Program-made: the position numbers and the translations under genes | Part shown: one piece after another, positions 42,070-59,915 of the stretch | Layout of the letters: each line of letters opens with the position of its first letter | Numbering within the stretch: position 1 is the stretch's first letter | Origin: the human T2T-CHM13v2.0 reference genome, Homo sapiens | Reading direction: 5' to 3' (one strand) | DNA length: 64,000 nucleotides | NCBI RefSeq assembly: GCF_009914755.1 | Contig: NC_060928.1 | Notes under the pieces: generated by a model | What the model was told of the DNA's origin: nothing | What the model saw: only the letters and a program-made list of their open reading frames with translations | Database searches by the model: none

Positions 42070-42794
42070 CTGAGAAGGAAAAAGATGGCAAATAGTTACT
42101 CTCTTCAATAAGTAATGTCGAGTTATGAGCCTATTTCAGGAAGCAAACACCATTAGTCAAAATCAAAAATAAAAATGTTGAGTATTTTTATGAACTAAAA
42201 TAACTTATTGCTAATAAGTGGTGTATTTAACTGTAATTTTGCATAACCAGAGCAGAGGTTCTCAAATGTCATTCCTATGCAACACTGGTGTCCCACATCA
42301 GAGACTGGCAAAAATTAGACCACAACTGTCTTTCCCAATTTGAAACAAAACACAATTAATCAATATACACAAATACCTCAATTGAAAATTTCTTCAATAG
42401 ATTTTTCATGAATCTAAGTCTTTCATGAAAACAAAGTCTTCTAGTGTACTTTTGCCTCTTCTAGAATCAAGTATTAGGTAGCATCTGATTAGTCAGAGGA
42501 TTATAAAATAAATATTTTACTATCCTGTGGCATTATACAAAAGCTAACTGGACTTAGAGGTACTCTGCCAAATTGGCAAGCTAAGAATCAGTGAGTTCAA
42601 GCAATGGGGTCTGAGCCGTACCCTTGCCTGGCCCAAAACAGAGTGAAAGAATCAAACTCATTCCGATGTGAACAGACTCAGCTTTTCTGCCCCAGACTCC
42701 TGGACAAGTAGAAGTAGTTGCTCTGCCGAGAAACACCCATCCATATTAGGGAACATAGAACAGGAGAGGGATGTGCCCACCTTGGTTTCTGCTA

Positions 42795-43330
42795 GTTGAG
42801 TAAATATTTATTGGGCATTTACTATGACCGAGTCACTATGTTCAGACGTACTGGAAACAGGAGTGGATCTGGTAGGGTCTCCTTCCGGGAGCATCCCAGA
42901 GTTTAGTCTAGTGGGAGGGGACACAGGAAAGTGTGTGGTATGTGAAGTCTAAAGGGAGGTGCATGCTTCCTGGGTGTTGTGGGAATCAGATGAAGGGCAC
43001 TGACTTCAGGCATCACTTCCTCCTGAAAGCCTTCCTCAGGTCCCGATGTTGGGCTCAGTTTTGTAGATTTAGCCACGGCAGTGGGATGCAGGTGGGCTGG
43101 GAGGAAGTCCCAGGCAAAGACAGCAGCTTGACCAAGGGTTCAGAGAACTTCTGAGCAACACTGTATGTGTAGAGAACTGTAAGTACCATAAAATGCCAGA
43201 CAATGGTGCCAGGAGACCAGATGCTGCTCTTTCTTGTAGCCCAGGGAAAATGATTTCCAAGGTGAGGTAAGTAAAAGTGGGGCAGAGGGAGCGCAGGAGG
43301 AAAGGAGGAAGGAGTCCCTGTCAGGAAGCA
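42795..43330 (-). mobile_element. L2 fragment
   Basis: taaatatttattgggcatttactatg and gtcccaggcaaagacagcagcttgaccaaggg are L2-like. Confidence 0.6.
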
Positions 43331-45205
43331 CATCAACCCCACCCCTGGGTACATCTGCCAGCTGGTTACAGCTGATTTAAAAGATGACAGGGCAGCCTCC
43401 AGAAAGCATCCCTTCATCTGGCATACTATAGCAAGACCTGGGTGTGTCATGAGAGACCCTATTGCTTTCTGCTTGATATGTTGGATTCAGGGAGAGCAAG
43501 GGCTCCTACAATCACTGTGACAGAACTAGAAAAGCAGGAAGTTTCCTTTTCCAAAACATGTTTTTTGAGAGGGAAAAATAGGCTAGGTGACCCAGAAATA
43601 AATACTGCTCATGACTTCCAGGAAAATATTCATTAGAGTAAGAAATGTCAGTGGAATCTTGAATGACTATATCACTTTAGATACCAGTGTTTTATCTGTT
43701 GAAGGTGATTTGTGAATTGTTATTGCTCTCTCAAAGCTATTTTTTCTGTATCCACCTTGTGCTCAGTGCCAGAAACCCCAAAGCAAATAAGATATCACCC
43801 ACCCTTTAAAAGTTTAACAGTCATGTACAGTGTGACCAGGTGTCTGCTTCTAGCATCTCTGACACATCTGTATGTAAATTGTAAGTAATGCAGTATGACC
43901 ATGGTTTTGCAGATAAGAGAAACGCATCCTTTTTGGTGTTTGCACATAATATAAAACTATAAATGTTTTTGGTACGAGCAACAATAAATATGTTTGTTAA
44001 TGTTATCAAACAGATGTTCTCTTAATACCTTTACTTAAATAAAATGAATCTGGACTTAACACTGGCACAGTAATACAGTTCACCTGAGTAATTTGCCCTT
44101 GCCTCAGGTTAAAGTAGAAAACAAACTTTTTTTTATTGATTAATTACATGTAAAATTCTACAGTACAGGTAGAGGCAGTATGTGTCAAAGTGGAGCTGTT
44201 GTTATAGTGCTATGGACTTCTGTATTTTCGAAAACTATAATTAATTTTAATTTAAACAAACATCATGGCAGCAGCCTACCGTGGCTACCTAGGCTAAAGG
44301 TAGGATAGGAGAATCAAGAGAAATTCCCCCAAAGTACACAAACTCTTCACTGAGTGCAAAGCAACAGTTTTATCAAAGACTAAGGACATACATCAGAGTG
44401 GAAAGGGATCTTCCAACTTGCAGAAAGCTGTAGACAATGCTGGAGAGAAAAAGAATTCCTCAGTGACCCAAGAAGTTGGCAGCATGAATTCTCTATGTAA
44501 AGCACTGGACAAATTGCAAGACTTGCTAAAGTGATCGTCCTTATCATTTCTCACCTGTGACACTAGTGGAAAAATGAATCTAACTAAATCTTCAGGAAAG
44601 CGCAGACCCAGCTCAGCTACAGATTAGATTGATTTGGATGCCACCCTAGAGGAATGAAATAGGAAGAAATATGGTCTTTCTGGGGAAAATATTATTTACC
44701 ATATTATCTCTATTGTTCTTTCTCACACAATGTCCAACATACAATAAAAAATCATGAAACATGCTAAAAACAGTAAAACGTGCCCCATAATTAAGAGAAA
44801 AAATAATCAACAGAATCAGATCCATAGACGGCACAATTGTCAGTGAGAAAGGTTAAACATAAAATACATTTTTAAAAAAGATTATTGACTAAATCAAAAT
44901 TGATAACAATATATTATGGACTTTACAACATACGTAAAAGTAAAACATATGACAGTAAGAATATAAAAAGTGCATATGTGGACAAATGGCATTATATAAT
45001 AAAATTTTGAAACTCATGTCATTTGTGAATATTATTTTAAAGTAGATGTAAATAAGTTATAGATGTGTGTTGAAATGTCTAGAATAACCATTAGGAAAAA
45101 AACAATAAAATCTAAGATTAATAAAGAAGATATGGTAGAATTCTAAAAGTACTCAATTAGTGAAAAAAAGATAGGAAAGGAGAAACAGAGGAACAAAAAC
45201 AGTTA

Positions 45206-45592
<387 letters not shown>

Positions 45593-45975
45593 CTATTAAG
45601 GTAGTTATGTGAAAATATTTTATGGAAGAATAAGGTGTATACTTAGCATTTTTAAAGTAATAATCTGGGTCTAAAGTTCCAAATTATGTCAACAGAAATT
45701 GGGAGAGAGTGCCAGGGAAGGAAGAGAAAGCATTTTCATTGTTGATGAAGGGAAGGGATAGTCAATATATAATGTTTCATTCTAGATATTGATTTAAAAG
45801 ATTTGAAAATACAGAACAGCATAGCTTTTGAGTCATCAAGGAAAAAAACAAAAAAAATTGATCAAATATCAAAGTACATATAAGTGAATAAAAGGAAGCA
45901 ACCAGGAAGCATTAATACTGAATGAATAAAAAAGGAGAAAACCAAATTTATTAACTTCAAAATTATTGTGAATAG

Positions 45976-46277
<302 letters not shown>

Positions 46278-47084
46278 AGTTAGCCTATTTTTAAAGAATG
46301 TCAAGATGATGTAAGAAATAAAATCCAACTTTATTTACAAAATGCACATTTGAAATAAAATGACACAGAAGAATAGATATAAAAGAATGGGCAAAAAAAA
46401 AAACCTACACACACAAAGAAATCTTGGAAATATAACGTGCAAAATTGCAACTTGGTGGAAAACTTTCATGACAGTTCAAGACATAAAGAATAAATACAAA
46501 TCTAGAGGATTTGAATGTTAGTATCAATAGGCTGGATTCAATAGATATTGAAAAGTTTATCTTATTAGCATAGAATGTGCATTATTTTCGAATATAACTG
46601 TTGAAAAAACTGATCATATTCTGGTCAAAAAGAAAATCTCAGTAACTTCCAAAAAGCAGAATTTTTGTAGGCCACAATTGCATACTATCTGATCATGGGT
46701 AATAAAATTAGGAATTAGTCATGATAATTAACCACCAATAAATCTAACTGCCTATAAATTAAAAAGAAACCTTTATGTAACTTGATGTAAAGAGGAAATG
46801 AAAACTTCACCGACAGGCTAGTTATTAACAACAGTGAAAACTCTACATTTTTCAAAACTTCAAGGGATGCATTTTCATTTAGGTGAGAAGCAAATCAGGA
46901 ATGCTATCATCACCATGGTAATTTATTATTACTGTTCTAGAACTTCTCGAACAGGAAAAAGAAATAAGAAATGAATGCTGGAAATCAGGAGGCATGTAAG
47001 CGTTCTTCTATTGGAAAGTTTTGAAAACTTTTTGTCTGTAATCCGTGGAAAAATGCACTGACGTAGTACACAAACACCCCCCCA

Positions 47085-47088
<4 letters not shown>

Positions 47089-47123
<35 letters not shown>
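47089..47123. repeat. (CA)n microsatellite
   Basis: Pure CA run. Confidence 0.95.
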
Positions 47124-47125
<2 letters not shown>

Positions 47126-47759
47126 AGAAACAAAATTTCACCAAATTATAGGCAATGTACACAAATACTTTCTTCTTCTATTCTGTTCTGTGTTTTTAAA
47201 AAAATGCTTATTAGCATTCCATAAGTACGTTTCAACTTATGGATCAAGTGAACTCCCATCCACTACGCATCAAGACCTGTGTTTGAAAAATACACCTAGA
47301 CATGGATTTCAGGGTCACTGTTACCCATTGAGACTAAGGTTGTTGTGAAACTCAGACAACTTCTATGGTCTACATGCTTTGCCTAGCAAATCACTGCTAG
47401 AAACATACTCTAAAAAATAAAGTTGTATATACAAGCATCTTTATTACAATATTATTTATAAAACTGAGAAGCAATTTAAAGATTTGATAATAGAGGTATG
47501 GTTAAATTATAGCATATCCACATAATGAAGTAATATGCAGGCGTTAAAATAATTATGCCATTTTATTTAGTGGCATAATATTTTGAAAGAAAAAAGCTAC
47601 AAAATAGTATATAACAGATGATCTCCTTTTTGGAAGTATTTAAAGCAGGTTTATGTCCAAAAAAGAGTAGAAGTAAATACAACAAAATAGAAGAAAGGAC
47701 ACAATTTCAATGACTGGTTTGGCAGACTTTTTTTGGTTGATTTAAGTGATTCTAAACTC

Positions 47760-48522
<763 letters not shown>

Positions 48523-48931
48523 GAGAGAGAGAGTGGTGACTTTCTATTCTTATTATTACTTATCTTAATGGAACTAACTTTTCTAAAATAAATGTTGCTT
48601 TTGTCATAAGGAACCAAAACTTATTTTGTAGTGTTAATTTCCAACTGCCTTGTAATATGCCAATTAGGACACAGAAGTTCCGTTATGTGACTGTATCACT
48701 ATTTATCTATCCTAAAGTTGTTGAACATTTGGGTCATTGCCAGTGTTCAAATATAGTAGATAATGCCGACAGAAACATTTCTGTACACTTTCTTTGGTGC
48801 TCATAGGTATGCATTTCTGTTAGGATACACGCATTAAGAGAAGAGCTCGATTTGGGGAACGTATACAGTCAACTTTATAAGATAATGTCAAAGAGTTTTG
48901 TAAAGCTATTGTTTCAACTTGCTTCCACCAG

Positions 48932-50062
<1,131 letters not shown>

Positions 50063-50625
50063 GTGGATATGATGAGTTCTCACATTGTAGTTTTATTTTG
50101 CTTTTTTTTTTGCTACCAAGGCTGAGTGTCTTTACATATGTTTATTGACCATTGGGATACCCAATTATGTAAAGTGTTAGCTCATATTTTTCTATTGAGT
50201 TGACTTTTTCCTTTTTATTTATAGGAATTGTGCATATGTTCCAGATATCAACTCGTTGTTTGTTTTATTTCCTCATACTTTGTAATTATTTTTGTCCTTT
50301 CTAGTAATGTCTTTTCATAAAGAGAAGCTTCTAATTTTAATGACTTCATCAGTCATTTTTCTACACTGTTAGTGCTATCTTTTCCTGCTTAAGAAATATT
50401 CTTCTTATCTAAAGTCATGAAGATATTCACCTATGTTTTCTTTCTTCAGTTCCAAATTTTTCTAAACATAGAAGCCTTATGTTTTCCATTTTACGTTTAG
50501 ATCTACAATCCATCAGGAATTACCTAGAATTAATTTTCATATATGGTATTAGATAGTCAGAAGATGTATATATAGATACACATATATACATATATACACA
50601 CATATATATACATATATACATATAT

Positions 50626-50658
<33 letters not shown>

Positions 50659-50959
50659 AAATCTCCAATTGATCTATCATAATTTTTTGGAGACTATCTT
50701 TTATCACTTTGTGGGAGTGTCACGGTCATAAATCAGGTATTGGATCATATGTTTGTGGGTTTATTTCAGGAATTTCTGACCTTTACCCTTAGTCTATTTA
50801 ACTATTCTTGTGGAAATACAATTTGTCTTACTTTTTGTAGTTTAAAGTAGGTCTGTATCTATTAATGGAGTAAATCTTCCTGTTTTGTTCATCTGACTCC
50901 AAATAGTTTCAGCTATTCTGGAGTCTGCACTTCATATAAATTTTAGAATCAACCTGTCA

Positions 50960-51003
<44 letters not shown>

Positions 51004-51680
51004 GAGATTTTGATTGGGATTACAGTGAATCTGTAGATCCATTCTGAGAAAACTGATAAAATACTAAGACTACCAGTTTATAAACATGTTTTTCCAATTA
51101 TTTAGGTCTTTTTACATTTCTCTAAATGCTTTTTGATATTAAGTTCTTGAGCCATTTTTATTAGATTTATTCTTACATCTTTCACGTATTTGAATTTACT
51201 ATAAATGGTATTGACCTTTTAATTTTTTCTCAGTTTTCTGTTGATACCAATACAATAATTTTTAAATTTTGAATTTATATCAAAATGCCTCTTATTAATT
51301 CTAAAAGTGAATTCTTTGGGGTTTTTCCAAAACAGTCATCTGTGAATAATGACAGTTTTTTGCCTTTTTAATTGTTTTATCCCTGTCATCTTCCCCTGCT
51401 CCCCCGAAGGACCCTCCAGTTCAAAGCTAAATAGAAGTCATGCTAGGAGGCACCCTTACCATAGTCCTGAACGCATTTCTCCATAAACTATGATGTTTGC
51501 TGTCATTTTTTTTTTTTGGTAGATATCCTTTATCACACTAAGGGTGCAGTGTACTAATTACCCAACTTTATTTTAATAAATCTAGTTTAGGATTGTATCA
51601 ATTGCTTTTCATGTATCTACTGAAATGATTAGATGATTTTCTCTTTCATTCTATTACTGTTGTAAATGATATTGATTGAT

Positions 51681-51727
51681 TTTTTTTTTTTTGAGATGGA
51701 GCCTCACTCTGTCACCCAGGCTGGAGT
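51681..51727 (-). mobile_element. Severely 5'-truncated Alu (~47 bp)
   Basis: Poly-T plus gagatggagcctcactctgtcacccaggctggag, flanked by tgattttt on both sides. Confidence 0.85.
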
Positions 51728-51935
51728 GATTTTTCAATGTTAAACCTGGGTTTTCCTTTTATAAACCCAATTGGTTGGCATATATTATTCTATTGATGTA
51801 TTGATAGATTCAGGATGCAAATACTTTGTTTCTAATTTTTCTATCTATGTTCATGAAAAAGGTTGTCTTGTAATTTTACTTTCTTTAATGTCTGTCACAT
51901 TTTTGTATCAAGATTACACTAACCTCATTATGGAA

Positions 51936-51940
<5 letters not shown>

Positions 51941-51969
<29 letters not shown>

Positions 51970-52085
51970 GAGCTGGTATCACACTATGTTGGCCAGGCCA
52001 GTCTTGAATTCCTGAACTCTGGGGATGTTCTTGCCTCAGCCTCCCAAGTAGCTGGGATTACAAGTGTGCACCACCATGCCTGGCT
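51941..52085 (-). mobile_element. FLAM-like Alu monomer with (TTTA)n tail
   Basis: Single diverged monomer with TSD tgatttat. Confidence 0.8.
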
Positions 52086-54629
52086 TGATTTATCTTTATG
52101 CATTCTCTGGAAGAATTTCTGTAAGATTGTTATTATTTTTTCCTTAAATGTTTGAAAACTTCACTAGTGGAGTGTCTAATACTGGGTTATTTTAGGAATG
52201 GTTTTTAAAGACTTAATTTTAAAACTGATACAGAAGTATTCCAATTTTCTATTTCTTTTTTTCTGTTTTGGTGATGTTTCCCCTAGCAATCTGTCTGTTT
52301 CATGTGTGCTTTCAAATACATTGGTGTAACATTTTCACACTGTATTACTGGCTTTTTACGGTCTACAGGTTCTCTGTTGATGTCCCTTTTTTCATTTTAT
52401 TATTGGCTATTTGTGTCTTCTCTCTTTATTTCTTTATAAGCCTTGTCAAGTTTTCATCCACTTTAACAGTTTTTTTTTCCTGAAAACAAATGTGGCTTTG
52501 TCAGTTTTCTTTGTTGTATGTTTATTTTCTATTTTATTCATTTCTGCTCATCATGATTTTCTTCTTTACATTTGGGGATAATTAAATTTGCCTTGAATTA
52601 GAGACAAATAATTACTTTTGGTCTTCTTAGCTAATGCATCTTGTATGCCTGTTAATTTCCTTTTAAGGATGGCTTTAGCTGCATTCGTCTTATGCCACTA
52701 CATCATAAGTAGCATTTTTACTATACCTCAGTTCAAGATTTTTCTAAGTTTTCACAATTACTTCTTTGAATCAGGAGTTATTTAGAGGTCTGGTTATTTT
52801 CCAAATGTATGAGGATTTTTTTATTTTTATTATTGATTATTGTTTAATTACATGACAGTCAGAGGACACATTCTGATGATTTCAGACCTTTTCAATTTGT
52901 TGAGAAAGGTTTTATGGCTAACATATGACCATTTTTGATAAATATTTCATGTATACTTGAAAATAATGTTCATTCAGCAGCTAGGTGCAGAGTTCTAGTA
53001 AATTCAATCAGGTAAAAATGTTAATTATGTTATGTAAATTTTCTGTATCTTTCTAACTTTTTGCTCTCTTATTCTATCAGTTATTGAGAAAGATGTGTTT
53101 AAATCCACTATTATTGTGAATTTACCTGTGTCTCCTTTTAGTGCTTCCCATTTTTGACTTATTTATGTTGAGAGTGTGTAATTAGGAACATTACAATTTA
53201 GAACTGTTACATCTTCTTAGCAGATAAAAATTGATATCAACATGAAATGTCCTTAACTTAAAAACATTCTAGCATTAGAGTCTACATTGCCTAATGTTAT
53301 TATAGCTGCACCAGCTCTCTTAGTGTTTTGTGCAATGTGTCTTTTAAAAATGCTATTACTTTCAACTTTCTGCATACTTATATTTAATGTATGTCTTTAT
53401 AAGTAGCCTATATTAGTTTTTGGTTTTATCCAGTCTGATGATAGTCATTTTTAAAGTAAATTTCTATCAAAATTTAACATAGGTGCAAAAAAGTGAATAA
53501 TTCATAAGGGTACTGTTCAGTGAATTGTTAAAAGGTAAAGGCAGCTGTGTACTGAGTACCCACGTCAGAAAACAGAACATGGCCATCACGTGTGGGCACC
53601 TTTTCATGCTCCCTTCTCATCACTGTTCACCCAAGGGTGAATACTGTTCTAACACTGCACATTAGCTTCACCTGTTTTGAATTTTATGTAAATGGAACAC
53701 TATATAAATTCTGATTCATTAAAATATTTAACAAAATATTAGTAAAAAAATTAAAATTTACATTTAATGTATTTTCTGATATTTTTGTGTTTAAATCAGC
53801 CAATTAACTACATTTCATATCCATCACACATTTGATAGTTTTTCCTCTCCTTCTTTAATTTCTTTTGAATAAAGTACACATTATTATTATTGTGCCATTT
53901 CCCTTCCTCTATTAGTTTGCTATTTGTATACTTTGATTAACCTCTTCCTTGCAAAGGGCCCCAGCGATGATAAAAATGGAAATATTAGTCTATTAGTCTA
54001 TTAAATTTTATATAAATATAAAATTTATATTAAAATATAAATTTCATTCCACAACTTCCCAGAAAATACAAGAACATTCAGACACTTTAACTCTGAAATT
54101 TACATTTCTCCCATCTTCTGTGCTTCTATTGTCATGTACTTTAATTCTCTACAGGATTTTAATCCAAAAAAGGGATTTTTAGTATTATTATTTATTTAAA
54201 TTTACCTACACACTCAGCCTTTCTATTACTCTTCATTTCCTCCTCCATCTCTGTGCTTCCATCTGTGATCATTTTCCTTCTGTCTAAAGAAGTTAATATT
54301 TCCTTTACTCTAGCTGGCAATGAGTTCTCTCAGTTTGCTATCTCTATATTTTCTATGGTTGCTGTCTCAGTTTACTATGCTATCATTTTTGAAGAATATT
54401 TTCACTTGATATAGAATTTTACGTTGATCACTGTTTTCTCATATCATTTTGAGGATCTCATTCCATTGTCTCCTTGGATTCAAATATTTTGTTGGAAAGT
54501 CAGCTGTCAGTCTTATTATTGCCCCACTGAACAATTTTCTCTGGCTTCTTTTAAGATTTTCTCATTGTCTTTGGTTTTCACCAGTTCTGAAATCCATGAT
54601 GCTCTTTCCTGTTTCACAGCACTTCTTGA

Positions 54630-55262
<633 letters not shown>

Positions 55263-57132
55263 TAATCTGTTTTTTTAAATTGAATACTACATATTATATG
55301 CATAAAATTGTAAATACCACTTAACAGGATATGTAGTTATCTTCCAGTGAGCACACAGTTTTGCTCATGGTGAGGATTTAGGCTATGAGCAGACTACCTT
55401 AATCCAGAGTGGATTGTCAAGGATTAAGATGATTTGAAGCTTAGCTGTGTCTTTATGAAGGCTTGCCCCTTGTCTATTTCTAGCTTATTCTTACTGCTAG
55501 GGTGTTGCTTTTTACTGTTCCAACTGAAAGTCTGGATTTTTACTAGATTTATTTTCCTTGGTGGGCCCTGAACTCCAATTTTTGTCCTTTCCCCTAACCA
55601 ATAGTGCTGCCATGTCTCTTGACCTCTCAACTGCTGCTTTTCTGATCAGCATTTGACTGAAGGAGAGATGGGTACCATTGCTGGATGCACCTCTTTCTCC
55701 AGGTCTTGGCATGTCTCTGGTCCATCACATGCACACATGCATGCAGGCCAGCAGCTTTTCTAGTTGTTCCTGGAGAGATGCATTGTTTCAAAACAACTTA
55801 GCTGGGCATTGTACCAACTAGAACCCCACATTTCAATAAATAATTTTTAAACATAAAAGGTTACAATTTTAGAAATTATCTTTACATTTTATTAGAAATG
55901 CATGTCTTAATGAAAGAAGTAGGTGTGCTTTAAAACATTAATTTGTATATTCATGGATAAATATGACTGATTTCTAGAATGAGACAAGTTTAGAATCAAT
56001 GCTATTTCTAATCATTAAATGTAAGTGCTGAGAAAGTTGTTCACATAAATAAATATATAGAAATAGAAGGAGTTTTTGTACCAATGTCATTTAATTCTTT
56101 GAACTGCTTCTTTGAATGCCAAAATCACACAGTGATCTATCATCATGCATTTGAAAACAACATTTCAGCTGACAACTCAATTAAGTTTTTCTTAAATAAT
56201 TAAAAAGCAAGCACTGGAAACATCTTTTCTTTTAAGTTCTGTTATTTTGTTACTGGATTCACTCACTTTCCAACATTTACATCAATATTTTGAACCATCT
56301 GTCTGGTGCTAAGGCATTTATATACCATGTCAATGCATCTTAGGAATATTCTTGATGAGTGAGAGGTATCTTTTTCTTACATATAACAGGAAAGAACATT
56401 TTTTAGTCAGGATGACTTTAGCAATAGGTATGGACGTTGAGGATCTTAGAATTGGTTTCTTTAAAACTAATCTTGCTCTTGGAAATCCCTGGGAATTAAG
56501 TCTGAAGACTCCTGAACTCAGAAACTAGGCAGCAGAAGCTGTACTCTATGGGAACTGTGATATCCTGGAAGCAACTGGGCCCGAAGTGATGTTGACAGTT
56601 GGAGGTAAGAGGTGAGATCCATCTGACAATGGCATAAGGGATTCTCTTCAAGGTTATCCCCCAACTAAAGCTCTATGTGCAGAGCAGAGAGAGGAAGAAA
56701 CTTCGAAGCCAGGGCAAATAGGACATCCTAATTACGATCTACTAAGATGATTACAGACTCAGATAATGGGGTGAGAAGGTCCTATCTCCACCCATCAGAG
56801 GTGCTCTGACTGCAAGTCCTGCAGACACCGTTCATTTGGGTGGAAGTCATGTGTCTCTGAGAAGGGATGGGACTGCAACCCAAGTGGATGGAGACTGGAC
56901 AGGTGCAATCCTTCTGCTCCGTCTCTGCAGAATGGTCTCTCCACAGTGAAATCCCAAAAGGGAAAACATCTGCCCTTACCTCTAATGTTAAAACCCAGAG
57001 TGAATAAATGACTGGCTAGGCAACGGCCAGCAATAAATGACAATGGCAAAGAAATGGAGCGTGGAAGAGAGAGCAGTTTCAGATTTAGCAAAGTTTTAGA
57101 GGGAGCAAAGTTAATTATTCTGAGGTGAATTT

Positions 57133-58961
<1,829 letters not shown>

Positions 58962-59799
58962 TGATGGAAATCAGACTGGAGGGGGAGTGTTGTGTGAATC
59001 CCAGGAGGCAGCTGTCTAATCAGGAGTCTGTGGGCCCCTCTCCTGTATCTCCCACAGGCTCAATCTGTGAAGTGGGCGAGCATTGCTCAACCTCGCAGGC
59101 TGCTGCCTCCGGGCCATTTTCATGGCTCCACAGGGAGCATGGAATCTGGTCAGCTGAGATCTTGCAAGTCCCCCCAACATGACTGAGGAAAGCAGGGCTT
59201 TCTGAATCTCTGCCTCAGGGATCTGTGGGGAAGGCGGCAACAAGGGCGATGGGCTGCCTTTCACAATTTCAAACATTAATCAGGGACTTGGGGCAAGATT
59301 TTGGTTTCATGACAACTTTGAGGGCGTGGTTTAGCTTTATTCTGTCTTGTTTCCTCATCATTCCCAGGGAACATCGCAGGGAAATGCCCTTAATTAGGGC
59401 TCAGTTTTTAGGACCTCCTCTTATCTCTGTCTAGAGTCTGCCTTCTTGCTGGGTATTCCCATCTCGGGCAGTCTTCTACATCCTGATTGGAAAATAGAGC
59501 ATTAGTGAGAACTTAAAGGACAATCAATGACAGCTGTCACTAAACCCATAGGCTTTTGTGCAAAATAATAATAATAATGATGATGATAAGGTATTTCTTC
59601 TTCAAAACATATAACTTCCACCCATTAGAAAATTATTTTGATACACTTATTTTTTTATAACACTTTTTTGGCTTGGACCAAAAATTGTCAACACAAATAT
59701 GCAAATCTGTAACGTCTACAATACGGACGATGCCCCCCATAGATGTGGCATCCTGTGCAATTTACAGCTTTCACAGCTGTAGCTGCCATCGTACCTCAA

Positions 59800-59915
59800 A
59801 CCCCTTCATCTACAGCTGAGAAAACAGAGGCCTCCTATGGGAGAGGTGGACCTCCCAAGGTCTCCCGGCCTGCCAGCCATCGGGTCTAGCTCTGGTACTT
59901 TCCACTGTGCGCACT
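59800..59915 (-). mobile_element. MIR
   Basis: catctacagctgagaaaacagaggcc...gacctcccaaggtc. Confidence 0.55.
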
